A stretch of 64,000 nt of DNA. Source: an uncultured virus (IMG/VR IMGVR_UViG_3300035698_034156). Its lineage: Duplodnaviria > Heunggongvirae > Uroviricota > Caudoviricetes. The DNA is taken from the IMG/VR virus record IMGVR_UViG_3300035698_034156; one strand, written 5' to 3'. How positions within the stretch are numbered: the first letter of the stretch is position 1; each line of letters opens with the position of its first letter. The notes below the pieces were generated by a model. That model was not told the origin of the DNA. It made no database searches and was given only the letters and a program-made list of their open reading frames with translations. Positions 19,599-28,971 of the stretch are shown piece by piece. The position numbers and the translations under genes were made by a program.

Positions 19599-19789
19599 TT
19601 CATTTCCCTCAATATCTTTTTTTCTTCAAAAATTAAATGCGATAAATCAATTGGATGACAAGATTCCATTTGGCTAATCCACTCACGCCTTTTATCCAAA
19701 TTATCATAACACTCCAAACAAATTGGATGTTTCATTGAACCTTCCACTTTAGATGTGCCTTTTCCACACGTTACACAAATAAAACTCAT
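19595..19789 (-). CDS. small zinc-finger protein
   Basis: CVTC...CLEC. Confidence 0.6.
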   Translation of the reverse strand: MSFICVTCGKGTSKVEGSMKHPICLECYDNLDKRREWISQMESCHPIDLSHLIFEEKKILREMK

Positions 19790-20037
19790 TTAATCACCTT
19801 TTTATTTTTTACTTTAAGTTCGTGTAAAATATTTCTCCATTTCCACGCTGGATAATCATGTTTTTTTAATTTAACTTTATTATGTTTTTTTTTCATTTTC
19901 TCGTAAAAACTTTTTGCTTTTGTATCTGAAAAAAAACTAACTGACCTAGTTTTTTCATTTTTATGATAAATATTAACCGTCCAATGTGTATGTCTTTTTC
20001 CTTCTCCATGTGTATTAGGCATTTTTATCCCTGGCAT
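19786..20037 (-). CDS. small basic hypothetical protein
   Basis: Coupled ORF. Confidence 0.5.
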   Translation of the reverse strand: MPGIKMPNTHGEGKRHTHWTVNIYHKNEKTRSVSFFSDTKAKSFYEKMKKKHNKVKLKKHDYPAWKWRNILHELKVKNKKVIK

Positions 20038-21463
20038 ATATTTTCAAATGGTGAGGTTTTTCTGTTTCAAAAACCGTAACCAATTCTTTTGTATTAAGTA
20101 AATCCTGCATCCATTGTCTTTCTTTGTTAGTTATAGTTTCCTGTCTTAAACTATTACTGTCTTTCCTGTTAGAATAAAGTATTTCCAAATAGTATGTGTT
20201 CTCATCAATAAAATCACTTAAATCCACTTTATCAGCAATGTCGTGTTCTGGTTTAACATTCAAAAACCTTCTATTCCCAGTTATTCCTTGTAGGAAATAC
20301 ATACAATCGTCGCTTGAACCGATAACAAGAGAACCATCAGGAATATTATCATTTATTTGTTGTAAAACAGTGTATCTATCTGAAATAAACTGATAATGAA
20401 CTATCGAAGCTACTGTCATTATAACTAAAAGAAGCGAAATGCACAAATAGAAATTTTTCACGCTAATTCTTTTACTTATAAAATAAGCATAAGGAATTAT
20501 AAATAACCCAATTAAAGGAATGAAATACCTTAATCTTGCCGTAAACAACAATGGTATTGAATTATCAACCGCACTAATAAAAGTATTACTTGAAAGATAC
20601 AAAAAGTAAGGTATCAAAAATGCGAACTCTAAAAACATTGGTGATATTGTATCTTTCTTTTTTGGTATTTTACCATAAAATATTGATAAAAGCATCCAAG
20701 GATAAGAAATCAAAAAAATACCTAAAATAAATAAAAGATTTGAACCATCTATTGTTCTACTAACAATTACATTTGTTGCACTACCATATCCTGTATTCAA
20801 TGGATTTCCATAAACCATAGTATTAAACGATAATAAAATTGTCATCATTAAAAAAATACCTAATAATATTCCAACTAATTTTGCTGGTTCTTTTTTAATC
20901 AACGGAACTGCCATGAATGGTAAAAGTGCTAATACCGCATCATATCTCACAAAAACTGATATTCCAAACATTATTCCTGCAAAAAACCAATCTTTTCTGT
21001 TTTCTCCAAGATAAAAATACACTCCAGCTAATAACGCTGTTAAAACTAAAGGTGATGCGTAAAGAGTTCTTGAACTCCAAATCATTGCTGGATAAAACAA
21101 TAACAACAATGAATACCTATAATGAATACTTAATCGTTTAAAAACTAAAATTAATATAAACACATTCAATATATGAATAATCAATCCTGTTGCCATCATC
21201 CATTCTAATCCTAAAAATGTAAACGGAATCATAAAAATGGAGCGACCAATAAACTGTGGAGCAATATAACCATTATCTGTGTACGCCCCTGAACGACACG
21301 CTTTAGTTGTATCCTGTTCAAACAATGTTCCCTTTGACATTAACACTGAATTTTTAGCATACGAATGTTCATCAATCGAAGAATAAAAATTAGGAAACAA
21401 CGCCAATGTTATACCAATAAAAATAATGATAAATGATAAAAAAAGGCATTTTTCATTTATCAT
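20015..21463 (-). CDS. GT-C glycosyltransferase (PMT/ArnT-like)
   Basis: SIDEHSY acidic dyad in first loop, multiple TMs, VFVRY, YGNPLNTGY, RYFIPLI. Confidence 0.8.
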   Translation of the reverse strand: MINEKCLFLSFIIIFIGITLALFPNFYSSIDEHSYAKNSVLMSKGTLFEQDTTKACRSGAYTDNGYIAPQFIGRSIFMIPFTFLGLEWMMATGLIIHILNVFILILVFKRLSIHYRYSLLLLFYPAMIWSSRTLYASPLVLTALLAGVYFYLGENRKDWFFAGIMFGISVFVRYDAVLALLPFMAVPLIKKEPAKLVGILLGIFLMMTILLSFNTMVYGNPLNTGYGSATNVIVSRTIDGSNLLFILGIFLISYPWMLLSIFYGKIPKKKDTISPMFLEFAFLIPYFLYLSSNTFISAVDNSIPLLFTARLRYFIPLIGLFIIPYAYFISKRISVKNFYLCISLLLVIMTVASIVHYQFISDRYTVLQQINDNIPDGSLVIGSSDDCMYFLQGITGNRRFLNVKPEHDIADKVDLSDFIDENTYYLEILYSNRKDSNSLRQETITNKERQWMQDLLNTKELVTVFETEKPHHLKIYARDKNA

Positions 21464-22470
21464 AATACTTCCTCAGATAATTTTTGAAACCTTTTACGAA
21501 AAGTTTCTAAAGAGTATTTTGAATTCGCCATATATTTTGATTCTTGTGATACTCTTTTCCTGAACGGTTTATTTGAAATAAGTTTTTCTAAATTTGATGA
21601 TGTTTGTTCAATTAAATCATTTCTTTGCTCTATTTTATATGTATCATCAAATGAACTATTTTTTGTATAAGCAAGTAAACCTGCTTTTTCCACAACCTCA
21701 TCAATCGGTTTTATATCTAATGCAACAATCGGCAAACCATGACTCATTGCCTCTAAAAATACATACCCATAACTTTCCCATCTTGTTGGCATACAATAAA
21801 TATCATTTTCATTGTATAATTCATGTAACTGTTCATATGATAAATTTTCAGTTATTATATTCACATTATCTTTTTTATACAACCATTCATACTGTGTTCC
21901 TTTCAAACTAAACCATTGTGGAAACTTAAAAGTATATTCTACATCATAATTTTCAATTTTATTAATTGAATCAGCTAAAATATCAGCACCTTTCTTATAA
22001 AAATTATTAGCTATAAACAACACTTTTGTTAATTCTCTATCATTTTTAACAACATTATGATTTCGAACTCCTTGTGGCATATAATACAAATTATCTTCAT
22101 TCCCCATTACACTCATAACATCATTATACGCCCACGCCGTATTGAATATTACAGCGTTCATATTATTCACTGTTGGAACAATTTCTTTGTTTCTCTCAGT
22201 AAAATATGATAAACTTTCAATATCACCAATTTTAGATGCTCCTCGAGCAAAAATTAGGTTTGGAAACTCACAATTATTACAATACAGCAAATTACATTTT
22301 CTTACTGTTAATTCAGCTTTAATTCTATTTCTAGCCCAATTCTGAATAATATAAGAATCCCAAGGCGGATTGTTTAACATAAAGTTTTCCTCGTATTGAG
22401 GATGATATCTTGATAAACAAAGACTTATAGTTTTTTCTTTATTTCTTCCAGTGTTTTCTTCGTTCCCCAT
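21460..22470 (-). CDS. glycosyltransferase family 4
   Basis: KKGAD, MPTRWESYGYVFLEAMSHGLPIV. Confidence 0.88.
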   Translation of the reverse strand: MGNEENTGRNKEKTISLCLSRYHPQYEENFMLNNPPWDSYIIQNWARNRIKAELTVRKCNLLYCNNCEFPNLIFARGASKIGDIESLSYFTERNKEIVPTVNNMNAVIFNTAWAYNDVMSVMGNEDNLYYMPQGVRNHNVVKNDRELTKVLFIANNFYKKGADILADSINKIENYDVEYTFKFPQWFSLKGTQYEWLYKKDNVNIITENLSYEQLHELYNENDIYCMPTRWESYGYVFLEAMSHGLPIVALDIKPIDEVVEKAGLLAYTKNSSFDDTYKIEQRNDLIEQTSSNLEKLISNKPFRKRVSQESKYMANSKYSLETFRKRFQKLSEEVL

Positions 22471-22724
22471 ACATTCTCCACCATGTCCAGTAAATATCTT
22501 TTATGTGGTACAACCCAGTCTTTTGTAAAACCTATTAACCTGTCGTCACCAATTTTTTTTAGTACTTCCGTATGTTTGCTTCTTTCAAGAGAATGTGAAA
22601 TATGTTTCCAGCAATAATCCGCTAAATCATTTTGATACAGCATTTTTTTCTCGTCAATTATTACAGTTTTCTCTTTGAAAAAATCATTCATCGGAGATAT
22701 TGATTTTCTACCTCTTGAAACCAT
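22425..22724 (-). CDS. hypothetical protein
   Basis: ORF in operon order. Confidence 0.5.
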   Translation of the reverse strand: MVSRGRKSISPMNDFFKEKTVIIDEKKMLYQNDLADYCWKHISHSLERSKHTEVLKKIGDDRLIGFTKDWVVPHKRYLLDMVENVWGTKKTLEEIKKKL

Positions 22725-23037
22725 CTTTTCCTACCTCCATTTTTCTTTCTTTTTCTTTTCTTTCTTTTTCTTTTCTTTCTTTTTTTGTTTCAATCCAAAT
22801 ATTTCTAATTGATAAAAAGAATGTAAACACAAATGATAATGGTAATACAATTGAATTCAGGCTTAAAGTGTACGGTAACATTATGATTGAAGAAACAAGT
22901 GTTAGTATCCAGAACAATTTAGGAGTAACACTTCTTCCTTCTTTTTCGGATTGATACCATTGAACACCCCATCGAAGGAATAAGAAAAAGTAACCTACTC
23001 CTCCAACAACTTCCCAGAACCAGTCAACCATTAACAA
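22708..23037 (-). CDS. LAB_N-like (lipid A biosynthesis N-terminal domain, PQ-loop/SWEET-like) small membrane protein
   Basis: FLRWGVQWYQSEKEGRSVTPKLFWILTL...Y..RNI. Confidence 0.8.
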   Translation of the reverse strand: MLMVDWFWEVVGGVGYFFLFLRWGVQWYQSEKEGRSVTPKLFWILTLVSSIIMLPYTLSLNSIVLPLSFVFTFFLSIRNIWIETKKERKEKERKEKERKMEVGKDGFKR

Positions 23038-24113
23038 GCTCCTCCTGTTGGTTCAACATCACTTGTAATTTCTGTATTACATTCTTCTGGTGCTGTTGTG
23101 AACGAAGAGCAAACAAGGTTTTTGATTCCTTGTGGTGTTCTGTCAAATTCTGCTCCAAATGAAACTCCGTTTATTACAAGAGAAGGAGATACTGTTAATC
23201 CTAATGCTGTCGCATCATCTTTTTCAGATTGATAAAGTTCTTCCCCTGATTCTTGACAACTGAGTAGTACTTTATCTACATCTATTCCAGTTGTTCCCAT
23301 TAATTTAACAGATTCATTTTCATTACACTCTGTTGTTCTAACATTAGAACAATTTGTGTAAACTGTTTCAAGATATTGGTCTGCGTAATCCCAGTAATTG
23401 TCGTAGTCTTCTAATTGGATGCATTCCTGTAACATATTTTGTTGTTTTTCATATTCTCCATGCATATTACTGAAAAATTTCACTTTAAAGTTAGCTGTGT
23501 CTTTCATCAGTTTTCCTACTTTAGCAAATGAATCAAGAGATGAAGAACCTGCTGGGCAATAAGAAAATACATACAATTCTATATCTGGTATTTCCTGTTG
23601 TTTAAGTTCTATGGTTGTTGGTTCTGGAACTGGTTCTGGGTCCTGTGTAAAGTCTAAAATGTTTTGTTCCCAAATCATATATTTTCCGTCTTTTGTAAGG
23701 AACCATTTTCCGCTATTTTCTCCAACACTTAAAGTAAACCCTGTTAAGTAATCATTAAATTCTGTGATTTCAGAAACAGTGGATTCTTCCCCTGAAACAG
23801 TCGTTGCAAAGTTTTCAATGGTTTCTTTGATTGCGTCAGTGAATTCCACTTGTGGTTCACATTCATTTTCGCCACATACTGGACAATTATCATATGGTAT
23901 ATACGAAGATGATGGTTCTGTTATGAACGGAGTTATTAGTATAATTCCTAAAACCCCTAAACAAATACCTGCTAAAGCTACAGCAAGCATTTTCGTTGTA
24001 TTATTTGTTTTTGGTTTTTTTTCTTCAATTGTTTCTTCAATTGTTTCTTCAATTATTTCTTCAATTGGTTTTGGTTTTTCAATTATTTCTTTTTCTGGTT
24101 CGTTTTCTTCCAT
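23031..24113 (-). CDS. membrane-anchored thioredoxin/DsbA-like protein
   Basis: TM anchor, FLTKDGKY, IELYVFSYCPAG, MHGEYE, SPSLVING, LVCSSF..APEEC; family typical of DPANN archaea (recall). Confidence 0.8.
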   Translation of the reverse strand: MEENEPEKEIIEKPKPIEEIIEETIEETIEEKKPKTNNTTKMLAVALAGICLGVLGIILITPFITEPSSSYIPYDNCPVCGENECEPQVEFTDAIKETIENFATTVSGEESTVSEITEFNDYLTGFTLSVGENSGKWFLTKDGKYMIWEQNILDFTQDPEPVPEPTTIELKQQEIPDIELYVFSYCPAGSSSLDSFAKVGKLMKDTANFKVKFFSNMHGEYEKQQNMLQECIQLEDYDNYWDYADQYLETVYTNCSNVRTTECNENESVKLMGTTGIDVDKVLLSCQESGEELYQSEKDDATALGLTVSPSLVINGVSFGAEFDRTPQGIKNLVCSSFTTAPEECNTEITSDVEPTGGAC

Positions 24114-24196
24114 TAATATTCCTCCTAAATTTTTTAAATGTTAAATGAAGATTTTTGGGACCGATAAAATAGATAGCACAGGAGGTACCATTTTAC

Positions 24197-24823
24197 TTAA
24201 TCGGTTGACCCAATCTCCATTAAGTATTCTTTTATTAGCTCTCCAGCTTCTTCCATTGTATCAATATACATATGTCTAAGGTTGTTTTTATAAGACACAC
24301 GCTTTTGTTTGATTATTTCACCTTTATCGAACTCATCTGTTATCATATGAATCGTTACACCTGAATCATTTTTATCATCAAAAGCCCGTTTAATCGGATT
24401 CCAACCCCTGTAATTCGGTAACAACGATGGATGAACATTCACAGCGTGCTTAAACCTTCGGCAATAATCACTCTCAATCTTTTTATCCCATCCAAACGAT
24501 AATAATACATCGCCACCACCATAATTTTCATTAGATACAACTGCCTTCCAACTCCATTCTCTCACAACATCTTCCACAGTTCTTTGCTGTTTTAACCAAA
24601 TGAATTTTTTAAACGATAACCAGAACCCATTCTTTTTAAGCGCCTTAAGTTTTCTGGTTTTCCAATCCGCAACTTTAACAATAAATTCAACATCTTCCAC
24701 TTCAAACAATTTATCCAAAGCCCTATCCATTCCAACCAAACCATTAGTAGTTAACAAAACAACTTTGAATTTCTTACGACTAAAATCGTATGATTCTTGC
24801 TTCAAGGGTTGTCCTTTCGTCAT
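24197..24823 (-). CDS. formyltransferase (N10-formyl-THF dependent, probably sugar N-formyltransferase); N-terminal ~20 residues derive from the IS right end
   Basis: NVHPSLLPNYRGWNP, SGVTIHMITDEFDKGEII. Confidence 0.85.
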   Translation of the reverse strand: MTKGQPLKQESYDFSRKKFKVVLLTTNGLVGMDRALDKLFEVEDVEFIVKVADWKTRKLKALKKNGFWLSFKKFIWLKQQRTVEDVVREWSWKAVVSNENYGGGDVLLSFGWDKKIESDYCRRFKHAVNVHPSLLPNYRGWNPIKRAFDDKNDSGVTIHMITDEFDKGEIIKQKRVSYKNNLRHMYIDTMEEAGELIKEYLMEIGSTD

Positions 24824-24900
24824 TCAAATCCCTCTACGAACAAATGGTGATTCTCCACCATAGGATGCAAACAAACATTCTTACGCACATTCTGTCGAAA
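24765..24900 (-). ncRNA. putative omegaRNA/reRNA scaffold (5' boundary approximate); guide would continue AGTTGTTTTGTTAACTAC
   Basis: Position overlapping the tnpB 3' end and the right-end hairpin, as established for TnpB systems. Confidence 0.5.
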
Positions 24901-26008
24901 AATATTTATTGCTCCATTTACATCTCTATCCTGCCGATACCCACAAGAACAAGAATAATCCCTATCAAATGGTTTATTCTTTCTCTCACAAACAGGACAA
25001 AGTTGCGTTGTATATCTTTCATCAACTCTTTCAAATTGAATTCCTTTTTCATCACACTTATTAGCCAATCTTTTATAAAGCAAATCAAATGACCAAAGGT
25101 TGTGCGTCAATTGATTCGCTTTTTTGTTTTTGAATGACTTTGCAAGTATACCTTTCACATCTCCAACAACTACTTTGCTTGGATTCGCATCTGTAATAGC
25201 CCATGACACGATGTTTTTGTAGTAGTTATCAACCATTTTCTTTCTTTTTTCATAAATCACTTGGATTTGTTTTGTTGTCCATCTGTGATTTCTTGTTTTC
25301 GATATCTTTTGCAGTCGTTTTATTTTCGATGTTAGTTTCTTCCATTTTTTGATTATTGGGCTTGAATAAATCCACGCTTTTTCCCCGTTAAAACTAACTA
25401 TTCCTCTCTTTACTCCGATATCAATTGCAATTACATTATTTCCTTTCCTTTGCTTTGGGTCTTTAACTTTGATTAATTGATGTAAATAAAATTTTTTGTT
25501 AATTTTGTTATAATGCACTTCTGCTGTTCCTTGTTTTCCTTCCCATTTCATTTTTCCCTTGTATTGAAGAATAATTCCCTTAAGTTTAGTTTCTTTTCGC
25601 ATTTGCCTTGACAATGGCATAATCACATTATCATTTTTGAAATAGTATTGTGCGGCATCCATTCGAAGCATACTTGGTATTGTTGTTTTTGTTTTTCTGT
25701 TCTTATAATATTTTGGTAGTCCAACTTTTTTTTGTGTTTTTGACTTTATTAATCCAAAGAATCCATTTACAATAAACGAATACTTTTGTAACATAGGTAA
25801 TGCATAACTTCTTCCAAGTTTCTGATAATCTTTTGATGTTTGAATTACTTTTTGTTGCTGAAAAAATGATTTAACTTTCTCTTTTTTAAAAATTGATTGC
25901 CTAAAGTCATAATTCGCCATATTCCAAACACATGACGATAAAGTCATCATTTCTAACAACATTTTTTTTTGTTGCTTATTGGTAACCAACTCAACTACAT
26001 TTATTCTA
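24765..26008 (-). mobile_element. solo-tnpB IS200/IS605-family (IS1341-like) element inserted after ATGAA
   Basis: Right end AGAATCATACGATTTTAGTCGTAAGAAATTCAA with hairpin 24775-24790 and terminal TCAA. Removing 24765-26008 rejoins SD+ATG AAA GTT GTT TTG. Confidence 0.75.
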
Positions 26009-26013
26009 TTCAT
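24820..26013 (-). CDS. tnpB: RNA-guided endonuclease TnpB
   Basis: RuvC-I IAIDIGV, RuvC-II VVVGDV, ERYTTQLCPVC..CSC zinc finger, RuvC-III DRDVNGAINI. Confidence 0.95.
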   Translation of the reverse strand: MNRINVVELVTNKQQKKMLLEMMTLSSCVWNMANYDFRQSIFKKEKVKSFFQQQKVIQTSKDYQKLGRSYALPMLQKYSFIVNGFFGLIKSKTQKKVGLPKYYKNRKTKTTIPSMLRMDAAQYYFKNDNVIMPLSRQMRKETKLKGIILQYKGKMKWEGKQGTAEVHYNKINKKFYLHQLIKVKDPKQRKGNNVIAIDIGVKRGIVSFNGEKAWIYSSPIIKKWKKLTSKIKRLQKISKTRNHRWTTKQIQVIYEKRKKMVDNYYKNIVSWAITDANPSKVVVGDVKGILAKSFKNKKANQLTHNLWSFDLLYKRLANKCDEKGIQFERVDERYTTQLCPVCERKNKPFDRDYSCSCGYRQDRDVNGAINIFRQNVRKNVCLHPMVENHHLFVEGFE

Positions 26014-26669
26014 TTAATCACTTCTTCTTTTTCTTCAATCTTCTTTTTTTGTTTCAATCCAAATAATAAAACTAACAAACATCACAAATAAACCTAAAAA
26101 TGCCCAAAAATAAGGATACCCACCAGACGATGTAACAACACAAACTCCGTCATTTCTACAATATTCACTTAAAGAACAAGGACAGTCCACAGCACAAGTT
26201 AAACAATTTTCACCTAAATGACGTTCACAAACACCATTAGAACAATATGTTATATCTTCTAAAACATCTACATTCAGTGTTGTTGAATCCGTTCCTAGTT
26301 CTCCACGAGCATTGAATGTAACACCTGAATTATCTTTTGTAGTAATTCCTCTAACCCTAAAAATAGTTGACTTAGATGCTCCTGGCGATATTCCTCTTAA
26401 AACTGTACTCGAAGGTGAAATATTAACATATGAATTTGCATTAACCCATAAATAAAAGTCATCATCCCCACTACCGACATTTTTAACTGTTATAGTAACA
26501 TTTCTTTCCTCGTTTCTTTTAACATCAATACTTTGAGGACTAACTAAAATTTCTGGTATTCCTCCACATTGTTCAAATACAAATGACGAAACTCCTGATA
26601 ACATAACTAACATAAGTAACCCAATCACTAACAAATTTATTTTTTTCATTTAATCACTTCTTCTTTTTC
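26009..26669. repeat. 25-bp exact direct repeat (26009-26033 and 26645-26669) containing SD and ATGAA
   Basis: TTCATTTAATCACTTCTTCTTTTTC occurs twice and flanks the 204-aa gene. Confidence 0.9.
26035..26649 (-). CDS. secreted Ig-like (CARDB/NEW3-like) protein with Cys-rich segment and C-terminal TM
   Basis: Signal peptide, VTITVKNVGSGDD, CSNGVCE..GENCLTCAVDC, TM. Confidence 0.75.
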   Translation of the reverse strand: MKKINLLVIGLLMLVMLSGVSSFVFEQCGGIPEILVSPQSIDVKRNEERNVTITVKNVGSGDDDFYLWVNANSYVNISPSSTVLRGISPGASKSTIFRVRGITTKDNSGVTFNARGELGTDSTTLNVDVLEDITYCSNGVCERHLGENCLTCAVDCPCSLSEYCRNDGVCVVTSSGGYPYFWAFLGLFVMFVSFIIWIETKKED

Positions 26670-27440
26670 CTCTTTTTTAAACAATTTTCCTATTTTTTTA
26701 TTAAACCATTTACTACAAAATACAATACCAATTACTACACCTAAAATCATTGAAAACCAAAAAATCCACATACTCATAAATTCGTAATTTGAACATTCTT
26801 CACATTCTGATTCAGGTTCATTTTCTAATTCATTTATTTTATTTTGTAAAACACCCATTTTTTCTCTTAAAGATTGTAAATAATCATCATATTCTTTCAA
26901 TATTAATTCGTATTGTTTATTGTTTGCTTCACATTCTTGCTTATGATTTAAACAACTTTGATTTATTAATATTAAATTATTAATATCGCAATTATCACAA
27001 TTCCCATCCAAAAATCCATCAATAACATTATCATCTATCACATCATCCAACGGATGAAAAGGAACTCTATACGTAAAAGACCTTCCGCCACCACTGCTAA
27101 CTGGAACATCTGTTGAAGCTGTTAATATAATCTTGTACGGATTCGGTGCAACATCCACTCTTGTTGTCAAAGTCATTATTACGTTTTGCCTTTCCCCAGG
27201 TTTTAAAACAAATTGTTGTGGTTGAAGTGAAACACTTAACCCTTCTCCGTTTGCTATGCTTGAACCCATTGAAACTATTGTATCGTTGGAGAAACCGACT
27301 CCGAACACTTCAATATTGTAACTTGTTTCTTCTCCCCCAAACAAAGTTAAATCGAAAGTTGTTGGGTTAATGACAAGCGATTGAGCCGAAACAGCACTGA
27401 TAAATAATAGTAAAAATATTAATACTAAACTTTTTCTCAT
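26646..27440 (-). CDS. secreted Ig-like plus coiled-coil protein with C-terminal TM
   Basis: Signal peptide, FVLKPGERQNV, SSGGG linker, coiled coil, TM. Confidence 0.7.
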   Translation of the reverse strand: MRKSLVLIFLLLFISAVSAQSLVINPTTFDLTLFGGEETSYNIEVFGVGFSNDTIVSMGSSIANGEGLSVSLQPQQFVLKPGERQNVIMTLTTRVDVAPNPYKIILTASTDVPVSSGGGRSFTYRVPFHPLDDVIDDNVIDGFLDGNCDNCDINNLILINQSCLNHKQECEANNKQYELILKEYDDYLQSLREKMGVLQNKINELENEPESECEECSNYEFMSMWIFWFSMILGVVIGIVFCSKWFNKKIGKLFKKEEKEEVIK

Positions 27441-27485
27441 CTCAATTACCTCCTAAAAAAAATAAAAAGGGGATTATCCCCAAAC

Positions 27486-28724
27486 TTAAACTGGGTTCAC
27501 CTCTGTTATGATGGTGTAATTATCTGGCTTCAATGCTACATCAAATGCTGTTTTGATGTAAAATTTATCCAATGCTTTACTTGGGATTGTTGATGTTCCC
27601 TTGATAGCATAACTAGCATTGACTGTTCCTGATGTATTAATTCCATCAGTATCCCACCAATTATTAGTTGCATCGAAAGATATTGCACCATAATCTTTCA
27701 CTGTGTCAAAACCTAAAAAGTTATTATGTTGAAGTGTTGCATTTCCATAACTTAAATCAGCTCCGATTGATTCTGCATTGTCGTGAAATGTGTTGAATTG
27801 CACATTAGCACCAGTAAACCCACCAACTCCTGCGGCTGTGTTGTAAATCTCGTTATATTTTACTGTAATACTTCCAATATGCGAGTTTGTGTATACTCCT
27901 GTTGAACTTGGATGGATTTTGTTATGTTCTATAAGAACATTGGTGTAATCTGATGATGGATTATTGGGTTGTGCTGAATATAATCCCAATATAATACCCT
28001 TTCCTGTTCCAGTTAAGTCGTTGTAAGATATGTCTATGTTACTTAATACAGGCATTAAATAGATGCTTGTTGTTTCTCCAAGAATAACACCAGGATTAAT
28101 TGTGAATCCTTGTATTGTAACATTATCTGCATTTACTTGAATTCCTCCTGTTATTATTGTTGTTCCTGAAATATTGCCAGTCGAAGCTAATGTTATACTT
28201 TTACCGATTGTCAATGTTTCGTTGTATGTTCCGTCATTTACACAAATAACATCTCCTGATGTTGCAGCAGTTATTGCAGATTGAATTCCACTACTGACAG
28301 TTGTAGTACAACTTGGTGCAGTGTAATCTGCGAAGTTAACTGTGCCTTCGTCAAAGTACTCATAGATTGTAGTTGTAATTCCACCACAATCAAATGTGTC
28401 TCCAGTACACTTTGTTACAAGGTCAACTGGAACATCAACATTCGCATGATTTTCTAGTTCATAGTCATCCCACGAAGTATCTCCTGCAAATACTGCTCCA
28501 TCGTAACTAGCAGTCTTACTAACCAAATCGTCACTAAATGTTACTGATTGACTTACATTTGCTGTTGCTGTAATATTTACATAAGTCAACAGTACAGCCG
28601 CTGAAACTAAACCTGCAAACATCAATACTGCCAGTACTGATAGTATCTTTTTCTTTTTTGAAAAAGAAGGTTTCTTTTCAACAGAAGATTTCTTTTCAAT
28701 TATTTCTTTAATTTCCTCTTCCAT
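27486..28724 (-). CDS. exported right-handed parallel beta-helix protein
   Basis: IQSAITAATSGDVICVNDGTYNETLTI, NVTIQGFTI, DATNNWW. Confidence 0.8.
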   Translation of the reverse strand: MEEEIKEIIEKKSSVEKKPSFSKKKKILSVLAVLMFAGLVSAAVLLTYVNITATANVSQSVTFSDDLVSKTASYDGAVFAGDTSWDDYELENHANVDVPVDLVTKCTGDTFDCGGITTTIYEYFDEGTVNFADYTAPSCTTTVSSGIQSAITAATSGDVICVNDGTYNETLTIGKSITLASTGNISGTTIITGGIQVNADNVTIQGFTINPGVILGETTSIYLMPVLSNIDISYNDLTGTGKGIILGLYSAQPNNPSSDYTNVLIEHNKIHPSSTGVYTNSHIGSITVKYNEIYNTAAGVGGFTGANVQFNTFHDNAESIGADLSYGNATLQHNNFLGFDTVKDYGAISFDATNNWWDTDGINTSGTVNASYAIKGTSTIPSKALDKFYIKTAFDVALKPDNYTIITEVNPV

Positions 28725-28776
28725 TTATTTCACTTCCTTATTTTTTTCTCGGCGAACAACGCCAAAAATATAAATT

Positions 28777-28971
28777 CTATTTTTTCTCGTCTATTTTAGT
28801 TTTATAATTGGGTTTATACTCTTTCCTTTCATCGAACTCTTGTTTCTTACCTTTATTCCAGTTCTTAACTGGTCTATAATACCCAACAACCCGTGAATAT
28901 ACTTCGCATTCAAGATTACATTTCTTTGTTTCGTTTTTCTTTGTTTCATTTTTTTCAGGCATTAAATTCAC
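28777..28971 (-). CDS. stand-alone NrdD C-terminal glycyl-radical-domain protein
   Basis: CEVYSRVVGYYRPVKNWNKGKKQEFDER. Confidence 0.85.
   Translation of the reverse strand: MNLMPEKNETKKNETKKCNLECEVYSRVVGYYRPVKNWNKGKKQEFDERKEYKPNYKTKIDEKK

Noticed and set aside
24820..26013. TnpB as a Cas12f CRISPR effector
   Set aside because: No repeat-spacer array or cas genes seen; an IS605-type right end ending in TCAA is present
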